Of a stretch of 64,000 nucleotides of DNA, positions 17,076 through 26,037 are shown in pieces (the first letter of the stretch is position 1; the number at the start of each line of letters is the position of its first letter). This DNA comes from a virus (Duplodnaviria; Heunggongvirae; Uroviricota; Caudoviricetes): the IMG/VR virus record IMGVR_UViG_2757320620_000001, positions 31,417 through 95,416 of that record; one strand, written 5' to 3'. A program made the position numbers and the translations under genes. The notes below the pieces were generated by a model, which ran no database searches, was not told where the DNA came from, and saw only the letters and a program-made list of their open reading frames with translations.

Positions 17076-18179
17076 ATGGCATCAGCAGCAGATATCGCAG
17101 CGTCACTCGCAGGGGCGATCGGCGCAAACGACGAAGAGGTGACGGTCACGCAATTCCTGCCGTCCGGCTTCCCGCCGCTCGACCACGCATCCAATGCGAG
17201 CTGGGATCAGGGCGCTTTCCCCGTCGGCCGCATGATCGAGATCGCCGGCCCGCCCTCCTCCGGCAAGACCGCGCTCGCAACGGCAGCTATGGCCGGCGCC
17301 CAGGCAATGGGCGGTATTGCCGGCTTCATGGATCACGAGCGCTCGTTCTCGCTGAAGCTGGCGCCGAAGCTCGGCCTCGACGTTACGCCGGGACGCTTCA
17401 TTTTCAAGACACCGAAGACCTTCGAGGAAAGCCTGCAGATTTGCGTGGTTGCGGCCAACCATATCCGCAAGAACAAGCTGATCAAGAAGGACGCGCCGAT
17501 CTGCTGGGTGTTTGACTGCCTGGCCGCAATGGTGCCGCAGTCGGCCTATTACGAAATGAAGAACGGCAAGGTCGTCGGCGTCAAGTCGCTCGAGGATCGC
17601 AACATGAACGACAACACGGCGCTTGCCCGTGCCACGTCGAACGCCTTCCCTGCGTTCTCGCAGCATTGTGAAGAGCTCGGCATCTGCGCCATCTTCCTCA
17701 ACCAGATGCGCACCGATTTGAACGTCAAGTTCGGCGATCCGCGCAAGACGACGGGCGGCAACGCTCCGGCATTCTACTTCTCGCAGCGCCTTTGGCTGTC
17801 GGCCGCCCAGATCAAGAAGGGCACCGAGATCATCGGCATGGAAGTCACCGGCTCCTACAAGAAGAACAAGATCGCACGTCCGTTCCAGACGGCCGCCTGG
17901 CGCTTCATGTTCCAGGAAGACGGCACCGGCAAGTTCGACCGGCAGCGCTCGCTGGTGGAGTTCCTCGAGACGAACGGCTTCCTGCCGAAGGCCAAGCCCG
18001 GCTTCGTGACGTTCGACGGCAAGACGATCGCGAAGGAAACGCTCGCTCGGCAGATCGAAAGTGAAGGCGAAACTGGCTTCAAGCGGCTGATGGCGCTACT
18101 GCCGGCCAACTTCGAGCCGCCTGTCGTCGCCGAAATCGACGCCGACTTTGACGAGGACGCCGATCCTATCGCGGCGTAA
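17076..18179 (+). CDS. RecA/UvsX-family recombinase
   Basis: Walker A IEIAGPPSSGKTALA corresponds to the RecA EIYGPESSGKTT segment. Length is 368 aa. Strong GGAGAAAAACG RBS. Confidence 0.8.
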   Translation: MASAADIAASLAGAIGANDEEVTVTQFLPSGFPPLDHASNASWDQGAFPVGRMIEIAGPPSSGKTALATAAMAGAQAMGGIAGFMDHERSFSLKLAPKLGLDVTPGRFIFKTPKTFEESLQICVVAANHIRKNKLIKKDAPICWVFDCLAAMVPQSAYYEMKNGKVVGVKSLEDRNMNDNTALARATSNAFPAFSQHCEELGICAIFLNQMRTDLNVKFGDPRKTTGGNAPAFYFSQRLWLSAAQIKKGTEIIGMEVTGSYKKNKIARPFQTAAWRFMFQEDGTGKFDRQRSLVEFLETNGFLPKAKPGFVTFDGKTIAKETLARQIESEGETGFKRLMALLPANFEPPVVAEIDADFDEDADPIAA

Positions 18180-18255
18180 TCGCTAATTAGCGAAAATTGC
18201 CGTTCAACTCCGATGAATTCCAGTCTATTAAAGAAGCAAATCAGCGGAGACGAAC

Positions 18256-18765
18256 ATGAAGGTAATTTCGATCTGGCAGCCGTGGGCGACACTTATCGTC
18301 CACGGCTACAAAAGGTTTGAGACACGAACCTGGGCGCCGCCCAAATCAGTGATTGGTCAGCGCATCGGTATTGCCGCGACAAAGAACGTTCTGCCAAAGC
18401 AGCTCGAAGCCTTCAACGATCCGGAATTCCAGTTCTTTTGGGATTTGCTCGACGAAGATTGGCAGTTTGAGGATCTCAAGCGCGGCTATCTGCTCGGCAC
18501 GGTTCTGCTCGACAGCTTCGAGGAGATCACCGAGGAGTTCATCGCCGATATCACGCGCGAAGAGAAGGCATACGGCTGGTATCAGGGTGGTTTTGCCTGG
18601 CGCCTGAAAGAGCCGCAGCTCCTCGAGCACCCGATCCCGATCAAAGGCGCGCAAGGTCTTTATGAATGGAAGGGCTTTGAAAATGGCGCGCAAGCCGAAA
18701 GTGCCGACAACAATCGTCCGCCGCGGCCGACGAATCTACGGCCACATCTATCACTTTGCCAATAG
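18256..18765 (+). CDS. ASCH-domain protein
   Basis: ISIWQPWATLIVHGYKRFETRTW matches the ASCH beta-barrel signature G-x-K-x-x-E-x-R. Confidence 0.5.
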   Translation: MKVISIWQPWATLIVHGYKRFETRTWAPPKSVIGQRIGIAATKNVLPKQLEAFNDPEFQFFWDLLDEDWQFEDLKRGYLLGTVLLDSFEEITEEFIADITREEKAYGWYQGGFAWRLKEPQLLEHPIPIKGAQGLYEWKGFENGAQAESADNNRPPRPTNLRPHLSLCQ

Positions 18766-19081
18766 AGACGTTTACCTCGCCGCCCGGAAGCTCGATCAGA
18801 TCTTCCGGTTCGGCGAGAAGTGCAACTCGGATGCGCTGCGCAAGGACGTCGCGGCCTGGGCGCTGGATGAGGAAACTATCACCGAGCTGCGCCTGATGAA
18901 GATCGTCTGGGTTGGCGTTCGCGTAAAGCAGAACAACGACATCTACATCACCCGGATCGAAAACTTCTTTGACAGCAAGAAGACCAAGTTCCTGAACTTC
19001 GAACGCCGCGGCGGGGCCGCGCAGCGCTACCTTCCCCTGAAGCATTTCAAGCACATTCCCGGCGCCGTTAAAATCCGCTGA
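18683..19081 (+). CDS. hypothetical protein (about 132 aa)
   Basis: Overlaps the end of the ASCH gene in another frame. AT-richer codon usage makes this a weak call. Confidence 0.3.
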   Translation: MARKPKVPTTIVRRGRRIYGHIYHFANRDVYLAARKLDQIFRFGEKCNSDALRKDVAAWALDEETITELRLMKIVWVGVRVKQNNDIYITRIENFFDSKKTKFLNFERRGGAAQRYLPLKHFKHIPGAVKIR

Positions 19082-19084
19082 AGA

Positions 19085-19103
19085 GTCAGTAAAAACTGAT
19101 TGC
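19085..19103. promoter_or_regulatory. motif copy, upstream half of a bipartite module (GTCAGTAAAAACTGATTGC)
   Basis: Same architecture as 7099-7158. Confidence 0.5.
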
Positions 19104-19134
19104 GTCCCTATCTGCGACGCGCTATTCAAGCATT

Positions 19135-19155
19135 AGTCAGTCAATAATGACTTAC
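19135..19155. promoter_or_regulatory. motif copy (AGTCAGTCAATAATGACTTAC) followed by an AGGAG RBS
   Basis: 11 bp upstream of the small ORF at 19166. Confidence 0.5.
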
Positions 19156-19165
19156 AGGAGATTTA

Positions 19166-19342
19166 ATGTTTTACCGCATCATTTCGGCGGGCGGCGCGCT
19201 CGGTGTCGCCATTGCGATCGTCAATGTGGCGCCTGTCGCCTGGGCTGCAAATCAATGGGATACCTGCGTGGTTATCCTCGCCGCAAACCTCACCGTCTTG
19301 CGTTGGGTGCTCGATGCAATCGAGGGAGAGAAGAGCAAATGA
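19166..19342 (+). CDS. unlisted small hydrophobic protein (58 aa; MFYRIISAGGALGVAIAIVNVAPVAWAANQWDTCVVILAANLTVLRWVLDAIEGEKSK)
   Basis: ATG at 19166 lies 6 nt after an AGGAG RBS. Its stop overlaps the sbcD ATG (ATGA). It sits directly downstream of the bipartite motif module at 19085-19155 and is below the 60 aa cutoff of the ORF track. Confidence 0.4.
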   Translation: MFYRIISAGGALGVAIAIVNVAPVAWAANQWDTCVVILAANLTVLRWVLDAIEGEKSK

Positions 19343-20430
19343 GCTACGTCGTCATTTCGGACCTTCACGCGCACAAGTGGTCGACCTTCTCGACCTTCAC
19401 GACCAATGGCGTAAACAGCCGTCTGCAGATTATCCTCGACGAGCTGTTGCGCGCCGCGCAGGCCGCTAAAACGATTGGCGCCGAGTTCATCATCTGCGCC
19501 GGCGACATTCTGCACGTCCGCGGCTCGATCGACCCTGAAGTGCTCAATCCGCTCCAGGCTGTCATCAAAGAGATCCTCGACATGGGCCTCGATATCTACG
19601 CGATACCAGGCAATCACGACCTGGCCGGCAAGGACACGACGGCGCTCGGCAACGCGATCAACACGCTCGCCGAGACGAAGAGCGATCACGGTGACTTCCA
19701 TGTCTACAATGAGCCGAGGGGTGTCACGCGGAACAATCATCATGTGGCGATGGTCCCGTATCGCATGAAGACGGAGCTTCTGCTCGCTGATCTTGCCGAG
19801 CTCGCGAAGCACCCTCATAAAGCCGAAATGGACGTCTTCATTCACGCCGGCATTGATGGCGTCCTGCCTAACATGCCCGATCACGGGCTCACCGGCGAAA
19901 TGCTGGCTGACTTCGGCTTCCGCAACGTCCTTGCCGGCGACTATCACAATCACAAGCAGGTTGTGCCGGGCGTCTGGTCGATCGGCGCAACCACGCATCA
20001 GACCTGGGGCGACGTCGGCAGCAAAGCCGGCTTCCTATCGGTCGATGACAATGGCGCCGTTGCCTTCCATGCGACCCACGCGCCGCGCTTCGTCGATGTC
20101 AGCGGTATGGATGAGGCTGACATGGCGCTTGCGGCCGACGGCAACTATGTCCGCTTCTCCGGCCCAGAAATGACCTCGAGCGATATCGCCGAGCTGCGCA
20201 AGTTCCTCGAGGACGCCGGCGCCGAAGGTGTCGTTATTATGGCGCCGAAGAAGGTTACGGCGACCGCACGTAGCGGCACGCCCAAGACCGGCACCGTCAC
20301 CGTCGATGAGTCCGTCGCCAACTTCATCGACGAGGCCAAGGATATCTCGACGCTTGTCGACCGCGCCCGGCTGAAGGTCGAGTGCGCCGAGGTGCTCAAC
20401 GCTGCCAGAGCGGTCACTGAAGACGCCTGA
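19339..20430 (+). CDS. sbcD: SbcD/Mre11-family calcineurin-like phosphoesterase (nuclease subunit)
   Basis: Motif I ISDLHAH, GDILHVRG and the GNHD motif (IPGNHDLAG) identify the metallophosphatase fold. The ORF-track start at 19147 is trimmed to the ATG at 19339. Confidence 0.8.
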   Translation: MSYVVISDLHAHKWSTFSTFTTNGVNSRLQIILDELLRAAQAAKTIGAEFIICAGDILHVRGSIDPEVLNPLQAVIKEILDMGLDIYAIPGNHDLAGKDTTALGNAINTLAETKSDHGDFHVYNEPRGVTRNNHHVAMVPYRMKTELLLADLAELAKHPHKAEMDVFIHAGIDGVLPNMPDHGLTGEMLADFGFRNVLAGDYHNHKQVVPGVWSIGATTHQTWGDVGSKAGFLSVDDNGAVAFHATHAPRFVDVSGMDEADMALAADGNYVRFSGPEMTSSDIAELRKFLEDAGAEGVVIMAPKKVTATARSGTPKTGTVTVDESVANFIDEAKDISTLVDRARLKVECAEVLNAARAVTEDA

Positions 20431-20493
20431 AGATACCCTAGCGCAGACGCGCTAGTGTGTATCATGTCGTTGAAATAGCAGAGGAAATACATC

Positions 20494-20844
20494 ATGCAGC
20501 TTTACAGTATCACCTACGACCAGGTCACGCAGATTTCGACCTTCGACGGCAAGGGCAACAAGATCGGTGATCGTGAGGAGCGCATTCGCGTTTCCATGCA
20601 CGATCTGCCGCTCCAGACGGCGCAGATGTATCGCGGCAAGATGACCGGCTTGAACTTCGTCATGACCGCGCAGACGGCGATCTCGAATGAGCAGCCGCGC
20701 AGCCACAAGCGCGATCGGCGCGATTACAGCGCGTCCACGCAGAGCGCAGCGGCTCGTCCCGCCCAGCCTTCGAAACAGCAGCAGATCAACCAGGCCGCCG
20801 CAACCGGCGACCTGACGGCTGCGCTCAACAACAGGAGCAAGTGA
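20494..20844 (+). CDS. hypothetical protein (116 aa)
   Basis: ATG with a GAGGAAA RBS. Confidence 0.4.
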   Translation: MQLYSITYDQVTQISTFDGKGNKIGDREERIRVSMHDLPLQTAQMYRGKMTGLNFVMTAQTAISNEQPRSHKRDRRDYSASTQSAAARPAQPSKQQQINQAAATGDLTAALNNRSK

Positions 20845-21149
20845 TGGAGCTCAAGGAGCATCTTATCGCTGCCAGAGCACTGATCGCCGATGAGGGTGAT
20901 TGGGGCCAGGGTGAGGATCGTTGCCGCGCTTGCGCGCTCGACGCCCTTCGCATCGAAGAGGACATGACCGACGACGATCCGCGTGCGATCAAGGCGACCG
21001 AGGCACTTAGGCTCGCATTGCCGGCGTCCTTCACGGATGACCCGAATAACTGGAACCATCCGGTTGCCCAATTCAACGATCGTTCGGAGACGCGCCATGC
21101 GGACGTGCTGGCTCTTTACGACCGAGCGATCGAGATGGCCGGGGTTTAA
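20844..21149 (+). CDS. hypothetical protein (101 aa)
   Basis: Translationally coupled GTGATG start. Confidence 0.4.
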   Translation: MELKEHLIAARALIADEGDWGQGEDRCRACALDALRIEEDMTDDDPRAIKATEALRLALPASFTDDPNNWNHPVAQFNDRSETRHADVLALYDRAIEMAGV

Positions 21150-21152
21150 GTG

Positions 21153-21386
21153 ATGGCTGACTGGATCGTTCAGACGCGCGGCAAGTATCGCGGGCGCATT
21201 GGCGTTGTCGACCTCGATCTTGCCGATGAGGGTGGTTTCGTCACTGCTCGTTTTGGTTCTGACGGCCCGGTCGCGACGCTCGCACCTACCTCCATCCGCA
21301 AGGCAACCCAATCCGAGATCGCCGAGAAGCTTGGCTGTAAGCCGGCCGATCTGCCCGACTATTTGAAGAGGTCACACCCAGAATGA
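21153..21386 (+). CDS. hypothetical protein (77 aa)
   Basis: Coupled start after the upstream TAA. Confidence 0.35.
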   Translation: MADWIVQTRGKYRGRIGVVDLDLADEGGFVTARFGSDGPVATLAPTSIRKATQSEIAEKLGCKPADLPDYLKRSHPE

Positions 21387-23329
21387 AATTCACCTCCATA
21401 ACCATCGAGAACTTCATGGCGATCAGCAACGCCACGTTTGCTCTCAACGACCGCGGCCTGACGCTCATCCAGGGCGTCAATCTCGACGATACCTCGGCGA
21501 TGTCGAACGGCGCCGGCAAGTCCTCGATCTTCGATGCGCTCTGCTGGGCGCTGTTCGGCGTGACGGCGCGCGATGAGACTGGCGACGCTATCGTCAATGA
21601 GAAGGCCGGCAAGGGCACGCGGGTCGTGATCGAGATCAACGACAACGGCCACATGTTCCTGATCGCGCGCCATCGTAAGCACAAGCAGCACAAGAACGCC
21701 CTGATCGTCAGCCACCTGCCGCCGACGCTCGGCGCCGCCTGGGGCGATCTAACCAAAGGCACCGACAAGCTGACGCAGGAGGTGGTCGACAAGATCCTCG
21801 GCTGCTCGCTCGACGTCTTCATCGGCTCGATCTACGCCGGCCAGGAGCGCATGCCCGATCTGCCCGGCATGACCGACAAGCAGCTCAAGATCCTCATCGA
21901 GGAGGCGTCCGGAGTCACCGTGCTCGAGCAGGCCTACGCCGAGGCGCGTGAGCGTGCGCAGAAGAAGAAGCTCGCCGCGCAGGGCGTCATCCAGAGCCAC
22001 GAGACGACGACGGCCAGCAAGGCTGCGACCGAAGACAATCTGCGCAACGCCGAGGCGCAGCATAAGACCTGGGAGGATGAGCGCCAGGTGCGGATCACCC
22101 AGGAGACCGGCTATGCGCGCGACTATGTGCAGAAGGTTCGGGCGACCGAGGCGCTGATCCAGGCCGAGCCGACCAAAGCCGAGCTCGAGATGCGGATCAA
22201 GGATCTCGACGACAAGGTCGCAGCCGTCGGCCATGAGCAGCAGAAGCTCGCCGATCTCTCCAAGTTGGTCAATGACGCCGATCACGTCGCCTACCGGCTG
22301 GATGACCAAATGAAGACGGCGCACGCGAGCGCGCTGAAGCACAAGGCTGATCTGGAAGGGATCAACCACAAGGTCGGCTGCCCGTGTGACGGCTGCGGGC
22401 GCGAAATTACTGCTACGGAGATCTCCGCGGCCGCCGATGGGGTGAAGCGCGAGCTGACCGCGAAAGCGAACGAATACAAGACGCTCAAGTCTGCGCTGGA
22501 AGCTGCTCTCAAAGACACAGAGAAGCGCGCTGAAGAGCGGGACGCGTTCAAAGCGTCAATGACTGATCTCAGCGAAGCCACGACGCTCAGAAGCGAGCTG
22601 CAAGCGAAACTGAACGAGGTTAACCGCCTGCTGCAGCTGAAGGAGAACGACACGATCCGGGCGCGGCAGCACGCCGAGCGCGCGAAGGGTATCAAGACCG
22701 AGGTCAATCCGCACGATCGCACCATCGAGCGCTTCAAGGGACAGATCGAGGAGCTCGAGCAGCGGCTCACAGACCTCGCCGGCGAGAAGGAAAAGGCCGA
22801 TACCGACGTTGCGCACGCCGAAGCGGTTGTGAAGGTCTTCTCGCCGGCAGGGGTCCGCGCCCACATCATGGACGAAGTGACGCCGTTCCTCAACCAGCGC
22901 ACGGCGCATTATCTCGGCATCCTGTCCGACGGCAATATCAGCGCCACCTGGACGACGCTCGTGCCGAACGCCAAAGGCGAGCTGAAGGAGAAGTTCTCGA
23001 TCGAGGTCGAGAATAACCTGGGCGGCAAGCGGTTCGGCCTGCAGTCGGGAGGCGAGAAGCGCAAGGTCCGGATTGCATGTGCTCTTGCGCTGCAGGATCT
23101 CGTGGCGACCCGCGCGCAAAAGCCGATCGATCTCTTCCTCGGCGACGAGATTGACGACGCGCTCGACGAAGCCGGGCTCGAGCGGCTGATGCAGGTGCTT
23201 GAGGAGAAGGCCAAGGAGCGCGGCTCGGTCTTCGTGATCTCGCACCGGTCGCTGCGCGACTGGATTCCCCAGGTGATCGAAATCGAAAAGAAGGACGGCG
23301 AGACGACCGTCAGAGAGGTAGCGGCATGA
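21383..23329 (+). CDS. sbcC: SbcC/Rad50-family SMC-like ATPase with a CxxC zinc hook
   Basis: N-terminal Walker A (NGAGKSSIFDALCWALFG), central coiled coil, zinc hook GCPCDGCG, and C-terminal signature/Walker B LFLGDEID...D-loop. Confidence 0.8.
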   Translation: MKFTSITIENFMAISNATFALNDRGLTLIQGVNLDDTSAMSNGAGKSSIFDALCWALFGVTARDETGDAIVNEKAGKGTRVVIEINDNGHMFLIARHRKHKQHKNALIVSHLPPTLGAAWGDLTKGTDKLTQEVVDKILGCSLDVFIGSIYAGQERMPDLPGMTDKQLKILIEEASGVTVLEQAYAEARERAQKKKLAAQGVIQSHETTTASKAATEDNLRNAEAQHKTWEDERQVRITQETGYARDYVQKVRATEALIQAEPTKAELEMRIKDLDDKVAAVGHEQQKLADLSKLVNDADHVAYRLDDQMKTAHASALKHKADLEGINHKVGCPCDGCGREITATEISAAADGVKRELTAKANEYKTLKSALEAALKDTEKRAEERDAFKASMTDLSEATTLRSELQAKLNEVNRLLQLKENDTIRARQHAERAKGIKTEVNPHDRTIERFKGQIEELEQRLTDLAGEKEKADTDVAHAEAVVKVFSPAGVRAHIMDEVTPFLNQRTAHYLGILSDGNISATWTTLVPNAKGELKEKFSIEVENNLGGKRFGLQSGGEKRKVRIACALALQDLVATRAQKPIDLFLGDEIDDALDEAGLERLMQVLEEKAKERGSVFVISHRSLRDWIPQVIEIEKKDGETTVREVAA

Positions 23330-23490
23330 AGAAGGCTTGGCGCAGATTGTTGTCACTCTTGCGGATCGAACGAACCTGCAAGAGCGGACACGGCCACTCC
23401 TGGGAGTTCAACTGGGATATGCATCCGTCATTTTGCATTCGTTGTGGCCTTCGCCACGATGATCGCTTCAATCGTGAGGATGCAGCATGA
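23326..23490 (+). CDS. unlisted small zinc-ribbon-like protein (54 aa; C-x3-H-x-H ... C-x2-C)
   Basis: ATGA overlap with the sbcC stop, and its own stop overlaps the next ATG at 23487. Below the ORF-track size cutoff. Confidence 0.35.
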   Translation: MKKAWRRLLSLLRIERTCKSGHGHSWEFNWDMHPSFCIRCGLRHDDRFNREDAA

Positions 23491-23867
23491 TCAGGCTGAT
23501 GAACAATTGCGGCAAACACGCCGTCGAAGCCTTGCGTTACCTGTCAAAGCACGAGCGTCCGATCGGCGGCGAGCAGACGTTTAACGCCATCGACCTGCTC
23601 TATACCGCCGACTTTCTGGAGCGTGAGTTGACGCGCCTGGAAATCACCGACCAAATGGTCGAGCGCGCGGCAAAGGCGCTCGAGAAGAAGATCAAGCAAT
23701 CCAAATACGAATGGACTGACGAGCAATTCGAGATCTGGTGGAACAAAGATCCGTATTTTGTCAGCGCCGAAACGAGCTGGGGCGACGCGTTTGGGCGCGG
23801 CACCAGAAAGAATCGTGCGCTCTGGGAAGCCCGGATTATCCTTGAGACGGCGCTGGTGAAGGCATGA
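23487..23867 (+). CDS. hypothetical protein (126 aa)
   Basis: ATGA-coupled. Confidence 0.4.
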   Translation: MIRLMNNCGKHAVEALRYLSKHERPIGGEQTFNAIDLLYTADFLERELTRLEITDQMVERAAKALEKKIKQSKYEWTDEQFEIWWNKDPYFVSAETSWGDAFGRGTRKNRALWEARIILETALVKA

Positions 23868-24268
23868 CGGATATCATTGATGCCCTCGCCTATCGCTTCT
23901 GGTCGGTGCATCCCAAGGACATCGACGAGTGGGAGAAGACAGCACCCAAGATGCCCGAGGGCTACAAGGGCGGCATGCGCGCCTGGTTCTATGCTTGCGA
24001 GATCCGCAAGCTGGTCGAATTCGACAGCGACGTGGCGCCGGCCGGATCTGGCGACCTGGCCGAGCTGCTCAAGTTCGCTTTCGCGGCCGGCCTGGGTAAG
24101 CACCCGGTCGACATGAACACCAAAGAGCGGCTGCGGTTCAAGGATTTCACGCCCTGCCCGCGCAGCACGTTCCAGCGCGTCGAGGCTGCCGTCGAAGGTA
24201 ATGTTCTTTGGCGCTTTTGGAGGAAGCGGGCGGGCGAGCTGGCCGCAAAGAAGGGAGAGGCAGCATGA
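23864..24268 (+). CDS. hypothetical protein (134 aa)
   Basis: ATGA-coupled. Confidence 0.4.
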   Translation: MTDIIDALAYRFWSVHPKDIDEWEKTAPKMPEGYKGGMRAWFYACEIRKLVEFDSDVAPAGSGDLAELLKFAFAAGLGKHPVDMNTKERLRFKDFTPCPRSTFQRVEAAVEGNVLWRFWRKRAGELAAKKGEAA

Positions 24269-24636
24269 TCCCTCGTGAAATCACAACCCTCAAGCGGCGA
24301 CTGATCCGCGAAATCAAGGCAATCGTTCTCCCTCATCTTTGGGAGAGTGGTTACAGAACGCGCATTGATCCGAAAGGCGATCGTCTTTCCAAGGAGAACT
24401 CACGTCCTTGGAAGATTTGGTGTCCTCGTGACAAGAATGGAAAACCAAAAGAACAGGTTTTTCATTTGGGCGGCAGCATTCTGGACGAATTCGAGGGTCT
24501 TTCTGAGGACGGTCCCGTGAGCGAATTCTATGTCGGCGCGGTGTGGATTGGCTGGGGCGCATTGCCTGTGGAAGATCTCATCAAGCTCAAAGCTTGGTGC
24601 TTGAAAAGGTTCGCGGCCCAAAAGGTGGCAGCATGA
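24266..24636 (+). CDS. hypothetical protein (123 aa)
   Basis: ATGA-coupled start at 24266. Confidence 0.35.
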
Positions 24637-24803
24637 GCGGCAATCTCTACCAGCTCCAAACGACCGCTCGCCCAGGTCAGATCATGACCATCGCCGGCCC
24701 GTATGACACCTATGGTCGGGTGATCAAACTGCAGGACAGCGGCTTCCACCTGATCCGCGGCCTCGGGCACCAGAAGCCATCGGGATTGACGATCTCCAAG
24801 TAA
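24634..24803 (+). CDS. hypothetical protein (56 aa)
   Basis: ATGA-coupled. Confidence 0.3.
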
Positions 24804-24840
24804 CTTTTTCGAAATACCGAGGCCAAACTGACTATTCAGC

Positions 24841-24860
24841 AGTCAGTAAACATTGACTAA
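24841..24860. promoter_or_regulatory. motif copy (AGTCAGTAAACATTGACTAA)
   Basis: Upstream of ORF 24871. Confidence 0.5.
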
Positions 24861-24870
24861 CGAGGAATGA

Positions 24871-25377
24871 ATGCCGCCCAAACCCACCAAGACGCCGATC
24901 AGCGCCGAGGAAAAGGCTCTGACCGAGCGCGCCGGCAAGCGATTGCTGGAAGCGCTCAAGAACATCGACGAGCCTTTTGCCGTTGAAGGCATGCACACGC
25001 GCCCCGTCATGAAGCAGGACGCGACCGACCGTCCCGGCTATCGCCAAAAGCCGCTGCTGCCGAAGTCCGAGCACTTCCTGGCCGACTTCTATCTCGGCGC
25101 CAAGGGCCAGCTGATCTTCAAGGCGGTGCCGACCGAGACCAAGGAATATGATTGGGCTGATGTCGACGAAGCGTCGATGGACGCGGTCTTCCCCCTGGTC
25201 GGCTCGTCCCTGGCCGAGGCGCTCGATATCACCGAATGCGAGGACTTCCGCGCGATCGTCACGACGATGAAGGCGCGCATCCTCAAGGAAGATGCGGACG
25301 CAGCAGCCGCTGCGCTCGAGGAGAAGAAGGAGGCTTCGAAAGCCTATGAAACTAACCCCAATTTTGGAAGGTTCTGA
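24871..25377 (+). CDS. hypothetical protein ending in the C-terminal tail ...NPNFGRF
   Basis: 168 aa. Preceded by the motif at 24841-24860. Its C-terminal heptapeptide is shared with four other ORFs (see findings). Confidence 0.5.
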   Translation: MPPKPTKTPISAEEKALTERAGKRLLEALKNIDEPFAVEGMHTRPVMKQDATDRPGYRQKPLLPKSEHFLADFYLGAKGQLIFKAVPTETKEYDWADVDEASMDAVFPLVGSSLAEALDITECEDFRAIVTTMKARILKEDADAAAAALEEKKEASKAYETNPNFGRF

Positions 25378-25380
25378 CAC

Positions 25381-25953
25381 ATGAAGATCAAGATCGCCGG
25401 GCTCGACGGCTCGCTTCGCAATTTCGGCATCGCCAAGATGCTCTACGATGTCGACACCGCGGAGCTCTCGGTGCTCGATCTCAAGCTGATCGAGACGGAG
25501 AAGGAGCAGACCAAGAAGATGCGCGCATCTTCTGACACCTTCGAGCGCGCCAAGAAGCTCGCGGCTGAGGCCAACGAGTTCACCAAGGACTGCATCATCA
25601 CCTTCGCCGAAGTGCCGTTCGGCGGGAAGAGCTACGACGCCGTGCTCGGCTTCGGGATCGTGATCGGCGTCTATGCCGGCCTCGACGTCGTGCCGGAAGA
25701 AGTGGCGCCGGCGCAGACGAAGATTGCAGCTGTCGGCACCCGCACCGCCTCGAAGGAAGAAATGATCGATTGGGCGTTCCGGCTCTATCCGGACGCGCCG
25801 TGGCTGACGACGAAGCGCGGTGGCGTCATGGTGCCCACCCAGAAGAACGAACACCTGGCCGACGGCGTCGGTGTCGTGCATGCCGGTATCAAGCTGCCGA
25901 GCTTCCGGCAGGCTGTGCAGATCCTCGCGGCGAGCCAAAAGGCAGCGGCATAA
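25381..25953 (+). CDS. putative RuvC/YqgF-like Holliday junction resolvase
   Basis: N-terminal KIAGLDGSLRNFGIA resembles the RuvC/YqgF motif I (LGxDxGxxxxGxA). A conserved acidic/His region EHLADGVGVVHAG lies near the C-terminus. Confidence 0.4.
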   Translation: MKIKIAGLDGSLRNFGIAKMLYDVDTAELSVLDLKLIETEKEQTKKMRASSDTFERAKKLAAEANEFTKDCIITFAEVPFGGKSYDAVLGFGIVIGVYAGLDVVPEEVAPAQTKIAAVGTRTASKEEMIDWAFRLYPDAPWLTTKRGGVMVPTQKNEHLADGVGVVHAGIKLPSFRQAVQILAASQKAAA

Positions 25954-25975
25954 TCTGCGTAAAATTCAAGCCTAT

Positions 25976-25999
25976 GCAGTCAGTCAATATTGATTTAGC
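25976..25999. promoter_or_regulatory. motif copy (GCAGTCAGTCAATATTGATTTAGC) flanked by inverted CCTATGC/GCATAGG
   Basis: Upstream of nrdB. Confidence 0.5.
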
Positions 26000-26037
26000 A
26001 TAGGCACCCTTTCAAATCCAAGATCACGAGACACGCC

